Shown in pieces: positions 52,183 through 64,000 of a stretch of 64,000 bases of DNA (positions within the stretch are counted from its first letter, which is position 1; the number at the start of each line of letters is the position of its first letter). A program made the translations under genes and the position numbers. Under the pieces are notes generated by a model. It was not told the DNA's origin, searched no databases, and was given only the letters and a program-made list of their open reading frames with translations. Source of the DNA: Octopus sinensis (Eukaryota); assembly GCF_006345805.1 (NCBI RefSeq), contig NC_043000.1:122202001-122266000 (forward strand). Direction: 5' to 3'.

Positions 52183-52377
52183 ATATTGCTTTTCTTTTTT
52201 TCTGTTTGTCTGGCTCCTGTTTTGTTGATTGTTAGGGGTTCTTGTGCTTGGATATTTCATGTTTTGTTACTTCATTTCATACGAGTAAATCAAATTTTGT
52301 AATTTACTTTCACTTCATATTTTTGGGATTCCTTACTTGTGTTTCATGATGTACCGTCATTGGTTTATTTGATGCAA

Positions 52378-52779
52378 TACTCTTTACTTGTTTCAGTCAT
52401 TTAACTGCGACTATACTGGAGCACCGCCTTTAGTCGAGCAGATTGACTCCAGAGCTTATTCTTTGTAAGCCTAGTACTTATTCGATTGGTCTCTTTTGCC
52501 GAACCGCTAAGGTCCGGGGAAGCAAACACACCAGCATCGGTTGTCAAGCGATGTTGGGGGGACAAACACAGACACACAAACACACACAGACACACATACA
52601 TATATATACATATATATGACAAGCTTCTTTCAGTTTCCGTCTACCAAATCCACTCACAAGGCTTTGGTTGTCCCGAGGCTATAGTAGAAGACACTAACCT
52701 AAGTTGCCACGCAGTGGGACTGAACCCGGAACCATGTGGTTTTAAGGAAGCTGCCTTTTACACAGCCATTCCTACGCCT
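52378..52779 (-). mobile_element. Family-A SINE
   Basis: Full reverse-complement copy, tail-to-tail with 51775-52182. Confidence 0.9.
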
Positions 52780-53719
52780 TTTTTATATTTCGTCTCTTCG
52801 CTTTCTGAAATTTGTTGAAGCCTCTTGATCTTCAGCACCTTTAGCAATATCGTTTGCAAATTGCCTTGCGTTGTTTGTTATGGTTCGTTACATTTTGGGT
52901 TCCAATCCCACTTTCCTGAACTTTTCAATTCATGTTTGGGCTTCATGAAACAAAGTGCCATTTCAGCGGTGGATTGAATTAATCAACGAAAGCTTCCCAT
53001 CAAATCTTTTAGCGCGTGACGATATTAGAAAGAACTATTAACATTATTAAAGAGCTGGAACAAATAACGTAATTTTAACACGTGAATACATTAATTTACA
53101 TATTACAAAATATGGCATTGGAAGAAAAAGAACAATAGCATTATCTCGTGTGGTCCAAGCCAAATACTTCTCAGCTAAAATTCTAACTTAGAGACCAAGG
53201 ATAATGACTATTTGGTTTCTGTGGAAGGCAATACGGAAATTTTTAATTTCGACCATCAATGAAAACAATGTTATGACAGGAATACGTGATCAAAATAAAT
53301 GCTTCGTTGTCCAAAAGTTATAACCAAGTCACTTCACTCTGCTTTGCAAATGAGAGACAAAATTGACTTTTAAAAAAACAGATAAAAGGATCTAGTTTTA
53401 TGAAAGTGCCTGTTTAGCTTTCAAAATCGATACAGAATCAAGAAGACAAGCTAATCCAGGATGCTGTGCATGTGTAGACCAGTTCTTTCTGCACTGGATA
53501 GACTGATACACGGGAGATTTTGTAATTTGACTCGTTGTTAGCTTGTGGCCCACTAAGTGCGAGATATATACACGAGTTACCAAAACTAACATATGCGAGA
53601 GTATTCTGTTTGGATGTAAAGAGCCTAGTGATCCCCGAAAAGAACACAGGCAAAGCAACTCTTTGCCCCGTCGTATGTGCGGAACAGAAGATCATATGGT
53701 TAGAAGTACCTCACAGTTT

Positions 53720-53811
53720 GCTTAGTTGATAAGCACATGGTTCCAGGTTCAGTCCCACTGCGCGGCACCTTGGGAAAGTGTCTTCTACTATAGCCTCGGG
53801 CCGACTAAAGC
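53720..53811 (+). mobile_element. Family-A SINE head fragment
   Basis: GGTTCAGTCCCACTGCGCGGCACCTTGGG..GCCGACTAAAGC. Confidence 0.8.
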
Positions 53812-53972
53812 AGTGGAGAAGTAAAAGTGACCTCCAATAGTTTAAATTGTAAGACGAAATAAAACAGCCAATGCCAAAATCGTGAATTTCTGTCTGTGTG
53901 AGAAATTAAGTTTGCTAAAGTGGAGAACTTGTTATATCATCTGTCAAAATACATTGAGGTAATAGTTACAGG

Positions 53973-54013
<41 letters not shown>

Positions 54014-54029
54014 GGGGTGTATGCACCAA

Positions 54030-54295
54030 TGAGTTTGTGAATAGATATGGTAAATGGACTACGGAAACTGCGTGGAAGCACATCTTATAAATATGTGGGA
54101 GTCTATATGGTCCGGTGTTTGTTCAGCAGTCCTAGATTGTTTATCCCCCTTAACGTACCGGTTCGTCACCAGAACTCATAGAATCAGGAAGTCACTTGAA
54201 TAATTAAGTACTAGGATAGATGTGTTCCAGTAATTTTTTTTACAAAATGTTATCCCATCATGGCCGCAGTCCAATGAATGAAGAAAGTAAAACAT
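54030..54295 (+). mobile_element. Old family-A-related SINE body
   Basis: GGTAAATGG..ACGGAAACTGCGTGGAAGC and CATGGCCGCAGTCCAATGAATGAA motifs. Confidence 0.55.
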
Positions 54296-54532
54296 AAAAC
54301 GAAAAGTAATTGCTTTGAAATAGAATGAAATATAAGGGAAAAATATTTTTCGGCATGACAAGTTAAAGCTAACGCCTCAACAAGATTAATATAAGCCTAA
54401 AAGATTACTAGACTTTTGTTGTGAAAGTCCAACTAAAGAATCCCTCAGCGGTACCACATTTTATATACAATGTACATTGAGAAGTAAACTCACAAACGCA
54501 CACTTACTACTTATATAAATGCATACATGCAT

Positions 54533-54595
<63 letters not shown>

Positions 54596-54601
<6 letters not shown>

Positions 54602-55813
54602 AACTAAAATCATTGAACAAGCAAATACAAAGTCAACCGCATGTCATTTCATAATTCGAACATTTAATTATAGAATAAACATATAATCCGCAAGATGGAA
54701 CAAAATTCATATTTACAGCACGTAATAATAATAATATAATATTAATATGGTATGGTGCAAGAAAAATTCTTGTTAAAACTTAGAATTAATATTCTAGCGA
54801 TTCAAAGAGAATACATTTATAAGGACGTAGAAAGTAAAATATAATATAAGTAACATATAAAAATATATAAATATAGGCATATAAAAATATATAAAACATA
54901 TATAAATATATATACATATGGGAGCATATAAAAATATAACATATATATATATATATATATCGTGTAAATAAAGTAAAATAATGTTCCTCGTTTAGAAATC
55001 TTAATCGGTAAAATAAGCCTTATATATAAGAAGGAAATCATGTTTACTTATCCCTATGGCCATTTCAGGGGTGTATTATGTTTAAAGCACTAGGGTGCAT
55101 TTCGATAATACCTCCTTCGTCAGGGGAAAAAACATATATATAAACGCAAAGATAGCCATCACGCACCAGGCCCGTACGGTGTTGTTTGCTTTCCCACTTT
55201 GGTATTCATACACGGATAACCCAAAGGACACCGTACGGGCCTGGTGCGTGATGGCTATCTTTGCGTTATATATATGTTTTTTCCCCTGACGAAGGAGGTA
55301 TTATCGAAATGCACCCTAGTGCTTTAAACATAATACACCCCTGAAATGGCCATAGGGATAAGTAAACATGATTTCCTTCTTATATATAAGGCTTATTTTA
55401 CCGATTAAGATTTCTAAACGAGGAACATTATTTTACTTTATTTACACGATATATATATATATATATATGTTATATTTTTATATGCTCCCATATGTATATA
55501 TATTTATATATGTTTTATATATTTTTATATGCCTATATTTATATATTTTTATATGTTACTTATATTATATTTTACTTTCTACGTCCTTATAAATGTATTC
55601 TCTTTGAAATACGCTAGATATTAATTTAAGTTTTAACAAGAATTTTTCTTGCACCATACCATATTAATATTATATTATTATTATTACGTGCTGTAAATAT
55701 GAATTTTGTTCCATCTTGCGGATTATATGTTTATTCTATAATTAAATGTTCGAATTATGAAATGACATGCGGTTGACTTTGTATTTGCTTGTTCAATGAT
55801 TTTAGTTTGATAT
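54596..55813. repeat. 1.2-kb near-perfect palindrome (~587-bp arms, 45-nt spacer)
   Basis: Arms 54596-55182 and 55228-55813 differ only by a few 1-nt indels; ORFs 54817..55041(-) and 55368..55592(+) are identical. Confidence 0.97.
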
Positions 55814-55890
55814 TTTGTCTCTTCCAATAGAGCACTTCTATTGCAGTCCTATTAAATCTTTTTGTTCCTGACAAAACAATTATTGTATCG

Positions 55891-55937
<47 letters not shown>

Positions 55938-56158
55938 AATATATATATGTTGTGTGTGTGTGTGTGTGTGGTGTGTGGTGTGTGTTTATATGTGTATATT
56001 CAAAGGCAAGACCACTAGGTAGTCGGCCGTATGCTAGAAATAGATCATCAACGATCAAACTACAAAGAAAAGAATGTTCTGTAGAGGAAAATTCAGCGGA
56101 CACCAGCACAATTAGGCGGGCTAGACAAATGAAAATTTTATTAAGAAAATCAGAATTA

Positions 56159-56197
<39 letters not shown>

Positions 56198-57099
56198 TAT
56201 ATATATATTATATATATATTATAATTAATTATTAATATCAGGAATCAATGTTAGAAAATTGCCCAGAAAGATATATACGTGTGTAAAATAATTCTTATAT
56301 CAAAATAGAAATATATATATATAAATATATGTAAATATCTATAAGTATAACTATATAATAGTAAATATGACAGTTTAAAAGTTTCTAATTAAGTTTTTAA
56401 AACATCGTACGATCGTTTCGCAGAAGTTCTGTCCCTATAATGGAATTCTATATTGATAAACATTTATATACAGCTCTTCTGCTCTTCAGAGATATAAAAG
56501 GTGAAATTTGTATAATTTATCGAATGGAAGGTTTTTTTTAATTACGAAGTAATATGGGAAGATGGTGTTTCTTTGAAATATAAATTAAAAATTAAGAATT
56601 ACTGATTTTGATTTTGGTAAGTACACTTTAGTATGAGAATCATGAAATTCAAATACGCCTCCTTGGTAAGTCTTCTCTTGTAATCCATAATAATTATGTA
56701 TAAAATCCATTATATTGTCCTGTAGTCCAAATATAGTTCATACACTTAAATAATGCAAAGTAACATTATATTTGAAATTATGTGAAATTATAAAATTATA
56801 AATTGATCAAGGTATTTCATTTATATTTTTATTAGTATAATTAGAAGATGCCAATTAAAAATTTTAGATTTTTAAATTTAATGCAATTATAACTGTCCAT
56901 TTGTTACGGATTAGATGTGCACGGGTTCTAAGAATATCTATTCAATATTTATATTTATATTCTAAGAATAACTATTCAATATTTATTTAATATATAATTT
57001 ATGTCATGTAAATGTGCATAGAGTCAAATAATTCTAATTAATTTATCTATCAATCTATTTATAAGTATCACTTTATATTTTGATATGACAAAAAAGAAA

Positions 57100-57146
<47 letters not shown>

Positions 57147-57153
<7 letters not shown>

Positions 57154-57359
57154 TAATTAAGGTTCAGCTAACTGCTTCACCGCATACCGAAATTAGAAAT
57201 AGGAGTTAAAATTCCTTTTCTGCTACTATAAGGTTGTCCATGACGGTAAACATGCTTTTTTACGAAGGCAAAGAGAAAAACAATGAATTCCTTGTTTTAA
57301 CTCCTATTTCTAATTTCGGTACGTGGTGAAGCGGTTAGCTGAATCCTAGTTATAATTAT
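57147..57359. repeat. Fold-back element (65-bp arms, 83-nt spacer)
   Basis: Arms 57147-57211 and 57295-57359 align ungapped with 6 mismatches, all transitions; left end fused to (TA)n. Confidence 0.9.
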
Positions 57360-57864
57360 GTGGATAATTTTACCTATAAAGGTTATTTTAACGTACCGAT
57401 GTACTTGGTAAAATTGTTAATTAATTAATTAATCAATTAATTAATTTGATTAATAAATTTTACCCTTCCATTATACATATATATATAGAAAGAAAGTGTG
57501 CCAGCTGGAGACGATGATCTCCTGGGGCTAAGAGCTACAGTAACACCCACCCTTAGTGGTTAACCATATTGAGATGGCTAGTATACTTTACGTGGTCGAG
57601 CAGTTACTGTTTACATCTCGTTCAGAGATATATTATTGCAATATATATATATTATATATATATATGTAGGTCCCGGGTTGAGTCGGGGTTAACCACAGTA
57701 AATAAGCTACTCAATACATAGCAGAGTAAATTAATTTATTTTATTTATTTTATTTTAAAATAAAATAAATATATTATATATATATATATATATATGTATA
57801 TATCTATTTACATATTGTATATAATATATTGTAATATATATATATTATAACATATATATGTATA

Positions 57865-57924
<60 letters not shown>

Positions 57925-58764
57925 CATATATATTATATATAATATATATATATATAATATATATATATATATAACAAATGAAAGGTGAAATTCTTCATGC
58001 GTACATATTTGTTTGCATGTTTGTGTGTGTGTCCTGTGTATATGTAGATAATATACGTGGATGTATATGCGTTTTCAATTAATATGTACTATTCTAACAC
58101 GACGCGTCAGCCTACCGGTCCCACACCATCTTGCTCCACTGAAGGTTAGGAAGAAACCCATGTTCTCAGATGCACACACCATCAGATACACACAAAGCCA
58201 CTCACACATTCTTAGATGAAGAGAAATAAGAAATTGCAATCGCTGTCTTTTGGCTTAAGATTTGCGAAACCTAATAGATGATGTTCTCTTCTCTGCTCAA
58301 GGCAGAGAATGTGATAGATGATAAAGAATTACCCGCTACTAACTGATTAGAAACTGTCGGCTAGTTTGTTGATTTGCTTATGAAGATCGATTTTTCCTAA
58401 ATGAGAAATACGAAAACTATCTACCTAACATCATTCATCATTTAGAAGTTTTCAAGCGATAACAATATTTGGCAAAGATTGTGTAAATTCATACTGTTTC
58501 CTAAATCGAAGTTGAGATGTACAAAATTGAGTAGAATCGTGTAAAACTGTCAATTCTAAACACCAGGTATCCAAATCAAAGTGTAGAGACTGAAACGAAA
58601 ACCGATAATTTATACAATACTTACTGCTTTGCAGTCTGTTGTAAATGATGTAATTTTGAAGTCCTACATGTTCGCTTTTTAAGCTGCATGTAAAGCATAA
58701 CTCAGTCGCTCCTATCCTTGAAGCTAAATATGCTAAGAGCATCATTTTGTAACTATAGGTTACA

Positions 58765-58942
58765 TATAGATATATATATATATATGTGTCTGTGTGTGTG
58801 TGTTTGTATGTGCATATATATGTATATATATATATATACATACATATAGATATGCATATATATATATATATACATACATATAGATATGCATATATATATA
58901 TATATACATACATATAGATATGCATATATATATATATATATA

Positions 58943-58998
<56 letters not shown>

Positions 58999-59019
58999 TA
59001 GATAGATGATAGATAGATA

Positions 59020-59064
<45 letters not shown>

Positions 59065-59075
59065 CAGATAGATAT
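58765..59075. repeat. Compound (TA)n/(GA)n/(GATA)n microsatellite
   Basis: Direct reading. Confidence 0.95.
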
Positions 59076-59739
59076 ATAATCAATGGACATACACACTCTA
59101 ATATGATCATTTTTGTAATTAATCTTAAATCATTCCAGATGAAACGTGTATGAACAATGAAATTATTCCACTTATGATCAACTGATCAACTGTACATTTT
59201 CAGCATTAGTCTATAAGGTTTAGTGTATTATCTGTAAGTATATTTCCATTTTTAATTTCCTTTTCAAGATAAGGTTTACTTAACGAATATTTCACGCGTG
59301 ATGTCGCAGTTTTCTCACCTAGCCTCCTTTGCTATTACATGTTTGTAGAAGCAGTTCTCATGCAATTTGATAATATCTATGCATATACTTACAGTGGCAT
59401 TTTATATTATTATTCACTTTTTTGTATATAGTTCTAGACATGTTTCCTATTGTGATAACTGATTTTGCATTAAGCTGCATATCTGATTATATATATAATA
59501 AAACGATGGGAGCAGAAACTACGTCTCATTTTATTCCATCTATTAGAACTGTACAGCGAGCAGACACTCAGAATCCGATGTGGATTCATAACATGTACTG
59601 TACTTCGTAAATAGTTTTACCTACGTATGTATTCACGAGCAGATAAAAACACAATATCGCCTAATCATAATACAGTAGCGTATCCAGAATGTGATAGATG
59701 GAGGAAGAGAGACATATACTAATACGTGGCTGGTACACA

Positions 59740-59870
59740 TTTTCAGCCGAATAGACTGGAGTGTAACGCAGTATTAAGTATCTTACTTCAGGGCACAGCG
59801 AAACGCTTCTTCTAGGAATTGAATCCATAGTTTTATCATCGTGAGTCGAATACAACAGTATTAGAAGGCA
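59740..59870 (-). mobile_element. Diverged tRNA/CORE-type SINE head
   Basis: AAGTATCTTACTTCAGGGCACA..GGAATTGAATCC..ATCGTGAGTCGAATAC reads as a reverse CORE-like motif plus B box. Confidence 0.45.
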
Positions 59871-59937
59871 GAAATATTCTACATCAGGCAGCATAGACAA
59901 ACATATTATTGATAGTATAAAAATAAATTAACAAACA

Positions 59938-60120
59938 TAGGCGTAGGCTTGGCTGTATGGTAAGTAGATTGCTTGCCAACCACATAGTTCCGGGTTCAGT
60001 CCCACTGCGTGGCAACTTGGGTGAGTGTCTACTAGTAAAGCCTCGGGCCGACCAAAGCCTTGTGAACGGATTTGATAGACGGAGACTGAAAGAAACCAGT
60101 CGTATATATATATATATATA
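59938..60120 (+). mobile_element. Family-A SINE 5' half ending in its internal (TA)n
   Basis: Head and CORE-like domain present, 3' half absent; the fold-back complex begins 3 nt after the TA run. Confidence 0.85.
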
Positions 60121-60123
60121 CAC

Positions 60124-61010
60124 ACAGATAAAGGGTGAAATATAATTAATTTAATAAAATCAATAAATTTCACGAAGTAGTATTTCGGTATGGAAAAGGA
60201 CCATATTCGGTAAAAATTTATATAATTATAATAATAAGTGTTTTTGCAACAAGTTGCTTAAACCACATACCGAAAATATTAGAAATAGCCGTCAAAGGAC
60301 TACTATTTCTCCTAGTACAAAAATAAGTCTCCACAAACAACAATATTTGTAACTCACATATGGCAAAAGAAGAAGAAAAACAACGAAACCACACAGTCTA
60401 CAGATTAATTATGGACGCACGTTTCTGGATTAGAATCGTAAAGTTCATTTCCTTATCAACATAATATTTCCCATAAATCTAGAAATGCTAGGAAAAACTT
60501 ACCTCTTATATTCTCGATCAAGCGACATCGAAAGATACAGAAGTTCACTAGCATATCCACATTTATATTCGTACTTCCATCCAAAATCCACCACGTGAGT
60601 TACAAAAACAGTTCTGCCGAAACGAAGTTTCGTAGTTTTGTTGTAGGGGAGTAAAAGTAGTCAATACAGATAAAGGGTGAAATATTAATTTAATAAAATC
60701 AAATAAATTTATTTTTGTAGTAAAAGAAATAGTAGACCTTTGACTACTATTTCTAATATGTTCGGTATGTGGTTTAAGCAAATTGTTGCAAAAAACACTT
60801 ATTATTATAATTATATAAATTTTTACCGAATATGGTCCTTTTCCATACCGAAATACTACTAGGTGAAATATATTGATTTTATTAAATTAATTATATTTCA
60901 CCCTTTATCTGTATTGACTACTTTTACTCCCCTACAACAAAGCTACGAAATTTCGTTTCGGCAGTACTGTTTTGTGACTCACGTGGTGGATTTTGGAGGG
61001 AAGTACGAAT
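60124..61010. repeat. Nested double inverted repeat, architecture A-B-spacer-C-A-B'-A'-C'
   Basis: IR1: 60124-60326 versus 60709-60912. IR2: 60567-60710 versus 60866-61010. Segment A (ACAGATAAAGGGTGAAATAT..) occurs at 60124 and 60666 and inverted at 60866-60912. Confidence 0.92.
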
Positions 61011-61399
61011 TCGCTTGTCTATCTTCAGCACGATATAAATTGAGATTTTTTCTTATAAAAGCCAAGAGAGGTGGGGAAGAGAGAAAGAGATATGGAAAAA
61101 TATAGTGACAAAAACCTCTTATTTCGTTTTGGAATATATTGCATGTTTTATGGTATATTACAACAATCAGCAAAATCAAAATTGTTGCTTTGACAAAAAA
61201 AAAAAAAAATCAGCGAGAGCGTACTCACAGAAGAGGAATTGACTTCCAGTGATCCGGCTAATTGAATGCTGCTTTCGCGTGTTAAGGGACTTATGGGTCG
61301 TCTTGTCTCTAACACTCTGCTCAGTCAAATGTTATCACAGAGAAACGAACAACAAATTCAAATAACATACAGACACTATTACATCATCAATAGAACTCA

Positions 61400-61720
61400 C
61401 TTCTCAAAAATACCTCCCGAACATATCATCATAAACTACATAGGGTTGAATCGGGCAAAGATATATTCTACATGTCTCTCACCGAAACCACAGCCATACT
61501 TCTTTGGTTCCCACGGAAACGAGCAATGTAAATAGGGACGTTACACAGTCTGACAAAATCTTTAACATATATCTAAAACACATACAGCCTCAAAGAAATA
61601 ATGCACTTAAAAATATCAACAATATTATGAATAGTGAGAAATTAATTGAATATTGCAACAAGACAAAATCAGTTGACTCTGGCTTCCCTCACCCCGAAGG
61701 TATATCAATAATACATCTTA
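61400..61720 (+). mobile_element. Possible decayed RTE-like RT relic
   Basis: NRDVTQSDKIFNIYLKHI resembles .GV.QG...S..LFNIY; weak. Confidence 0.3.
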
Positions 61721-61900
61721 TCTAAAATCTAGTAGGTGCCACATTAATGAAAATACAGACAGATGATTCAGGCCATTGAAATTATCATAATTTATGAAAC
61801 CGATAGATTCATTCCCTTCTATAATTATCCAATTCAAAAACACATGCACACACATCAACAGACGTCCTTGTATATGCCTCATTTAGTGTAGATGATATAT

Positions 61901-61951
<51 letters not shown>

Positions 61952-64000
61952 TTGTGTGTGTGTGCGTGTGTGTGAGTGCGTGTTTGTGTGTGTATAAGTA
62001 TGTATCTCTGTGTGTATAGCTGCATATATATATATATATATATTACTATGTGATTTATGTATGCATATATCTGTATATATATATATAGTATATGTATGTA
62101 TCTTTAAGCGTGGTGTGTGTGTCTGTGTGTGGTTTGTGTTTGCATATACATAGATGTGATTTTCTTTCTAAGCATAATCATACACCAGCGTGTAATTAAA
62201 TATTTCTGTATAAGCGTGTGAATGCCTCTTCGTTACATTTCTGAAAGATAAGCTACAGTACTTATCGCTATTAATTCAAAGTGCCTATCATAATAAAAGT
62301 TGAATAAAAAGAAGCATTAGTCACAGGAGTAAGATACGCATTTATATATAGATAAATCTTCATTAACATACCTCCCAACACTAGCACATGAATATAAATT
62401 ATTGCACATAGGAACTCATTCATGTATTCGTTTCTTTCACATACATTCTTTTATAGATATCAGTGTTCATATGTGGTATTCTGTATTCTGTGTGTGCGTG
62501 TGTGTGTGTGTGTTTGTTTGTGACTATATTTTTATGCATGTGTGTGTATTTCTGTGTGAGCGCTATACCTTATATCTTACCGATTACCATCCGACATATT
62601 TAAATTTATATTATCGTTCACAGTTAGACACATGCATTCACACCTGAATGCAAAAATCCTTTTTATTTACCACTCTCAGTTCGGTAGTCAGTCGTAATTC
62701 CACACCACTGAACATTTAAATGCTATTATGGCGTTATATCGTTATTTCATATCAAACGATATATAAATATATATGAAAAAAAAAACACTTACTTCAAACA
62801 AATCACGGACGTGAGTAAGACAGGCTTGGCTCTGATCTCTGAGCCGTATTAGTTCCGGTTTCTGCTCAAAGATAACCTATATTTTGTTGCTTGTTTCTAT
62901 TTAATGGCAGCACTACGATGAAGTAGTATTCAGTAGACCGAATCGTTCCAATAAATAAGATTGGGTTCGATTTTTTCATCGTTAGAATTTGATCAATAAA
63001 CGGCCACAAAGTTGATTACTACCAATGACTGAAGTGATATTCATTTCTCATTGGACTCCAGGGAGAAGTTTTCTTCCAAGGTTGGCTTGGCTAAGCTATT
63101 AGAATTCTTTTATCGACTCATCAATGAATAGTTTTGTTGATAGATCAGCAATCTTACAGTGCAAACTTTCTCATTATCATTATATGTAATTTTCTCTCTG
63201 AAGATGTTTCGGTAAATTTCCTATTAAATTAGAAAGATTGGCCGATTCTAATCTTAATATTGTCTGCAATTGACGTTATCACTCCACAAGCAAAACTAAA
63301 TCTGTAAAAAGAAAAATGGCTTGATGATTATTCCCATTGGGTTTTAACTCAATTTATATGTAGATAAAGCAGAGTACAAAACCTCAAATATTATTTAAAT
63401 GCATTTTTTTAAAGGAAAATATTCAGACCGAAAGACGATTAAGTCTTTCTAGACACTTCTTAATATTTCCCAATTCCTAATTTAAATAATGTCAATTCTG
63501 TTCTTATGTTTTTTTAATGATTTTTGAGAATTCTACTCTAACACCCACGTCGCAAAATTCGTCAATGAATATGACTTAATTTCTGTGTCTCATGAACTAC
63601 ATTACAAACATCTTCACATTTTTAAGATTGACACTTGTTTTAAATTGTCTGAAATTTAAGTCAAGTGCACAGTTTCTCTCATATTCCAAGTAATCTATAT
63701 TCAAAGAATAATGTTGACTTAGCGTTCTGTCAACGAGAAACGTATGAATTGTTTCTTCAACCCATAAAAGGAATCTAGTTTGCAAACAACTGTGTTAGCG
63801 ATAAATATGGCTCTGCATTAATGACAGAATATGTAAGGAAAGTCTTGGCTTGTAATTAACTTGTAATTTTGGAAACTATCTACAACTAACTTCTATAAAA
63901 GAATGCGAACATATGAAAAAAATTGACTATATACAAAAATATATTAACGAAATAAAGTTTTCACTTTGTCACTTTCCACTCGTTCTCGACCCTACAGAAG

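Noticed and set aside
53398-53729. Four overlapping short ORFs in a slightly more GC-rich patch
   Set aside because: No recognisable motif and no convincing splice sites; could be a decayed element but is unsupported.
55095-55289. 64-aa ORF across the palindrome centre, and twin 74-aa ORFs in the arms
   Set aside because: By-products of the inverted repeat and of low-complexity sequence.
55280-55335. CTGACGA...GAAA as a complete hammerhead ribozyme
   Set aside because: Stem II is poor, stem III has a mismatch next to the core, and the bases before CTGA do not pair with those after the putative cleavage site.
57490-57730. Two short GC-richer islands between TA runs as Penelope termini
   Set aside because: Only a stylistic resemblance; no ORF, hairpin or second copy in the window supports it.

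Overview
This is a very AT-rich, microsatellite-dense eukaryotic window with no confidently identifiable host protein-coding gene, no intact RNA gene and no CRISPR array. Almost all ORF-track entries are artefacts of (TA)n/(CA)n/(AAT)n runs or of SINEs. The repeat content suggests an octopus (coleoid cephalopod) intron or intergenic region; this is an inference from remembered SINE families and was not searched. The window holds about 18 copies or fragments of a tRNA/CORE-like SINE with an internal microsatellite (family A). It also holds about 13 copies of a second SINE (family B), two of a third (family C), and many decayed LINE fragments (R4/Dong, RTE, CR1). DNA-transposon relics are a mariner transposase fragment, a mariner-type MITE and a hAT-type MITE with an 8-bp TSD. 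The least explained structure is a set of five fold-back elements, each touching a (TA)n run on one side. They include a ~1.2-kb near-perfect palindrome (54596-55813) and a nested double inverted repeat (60124-61010); three of the five share a 15-nt motif. Other leads are a tRNA-like sequence between 55-bp direct repeats (39228-39567), TSD-bounded composite SINEs, and three well-formed candidate plus-strand exons of unknown identity. All alignments and mismatch counts were done by eye; boundaries of decayed elements are approximate.
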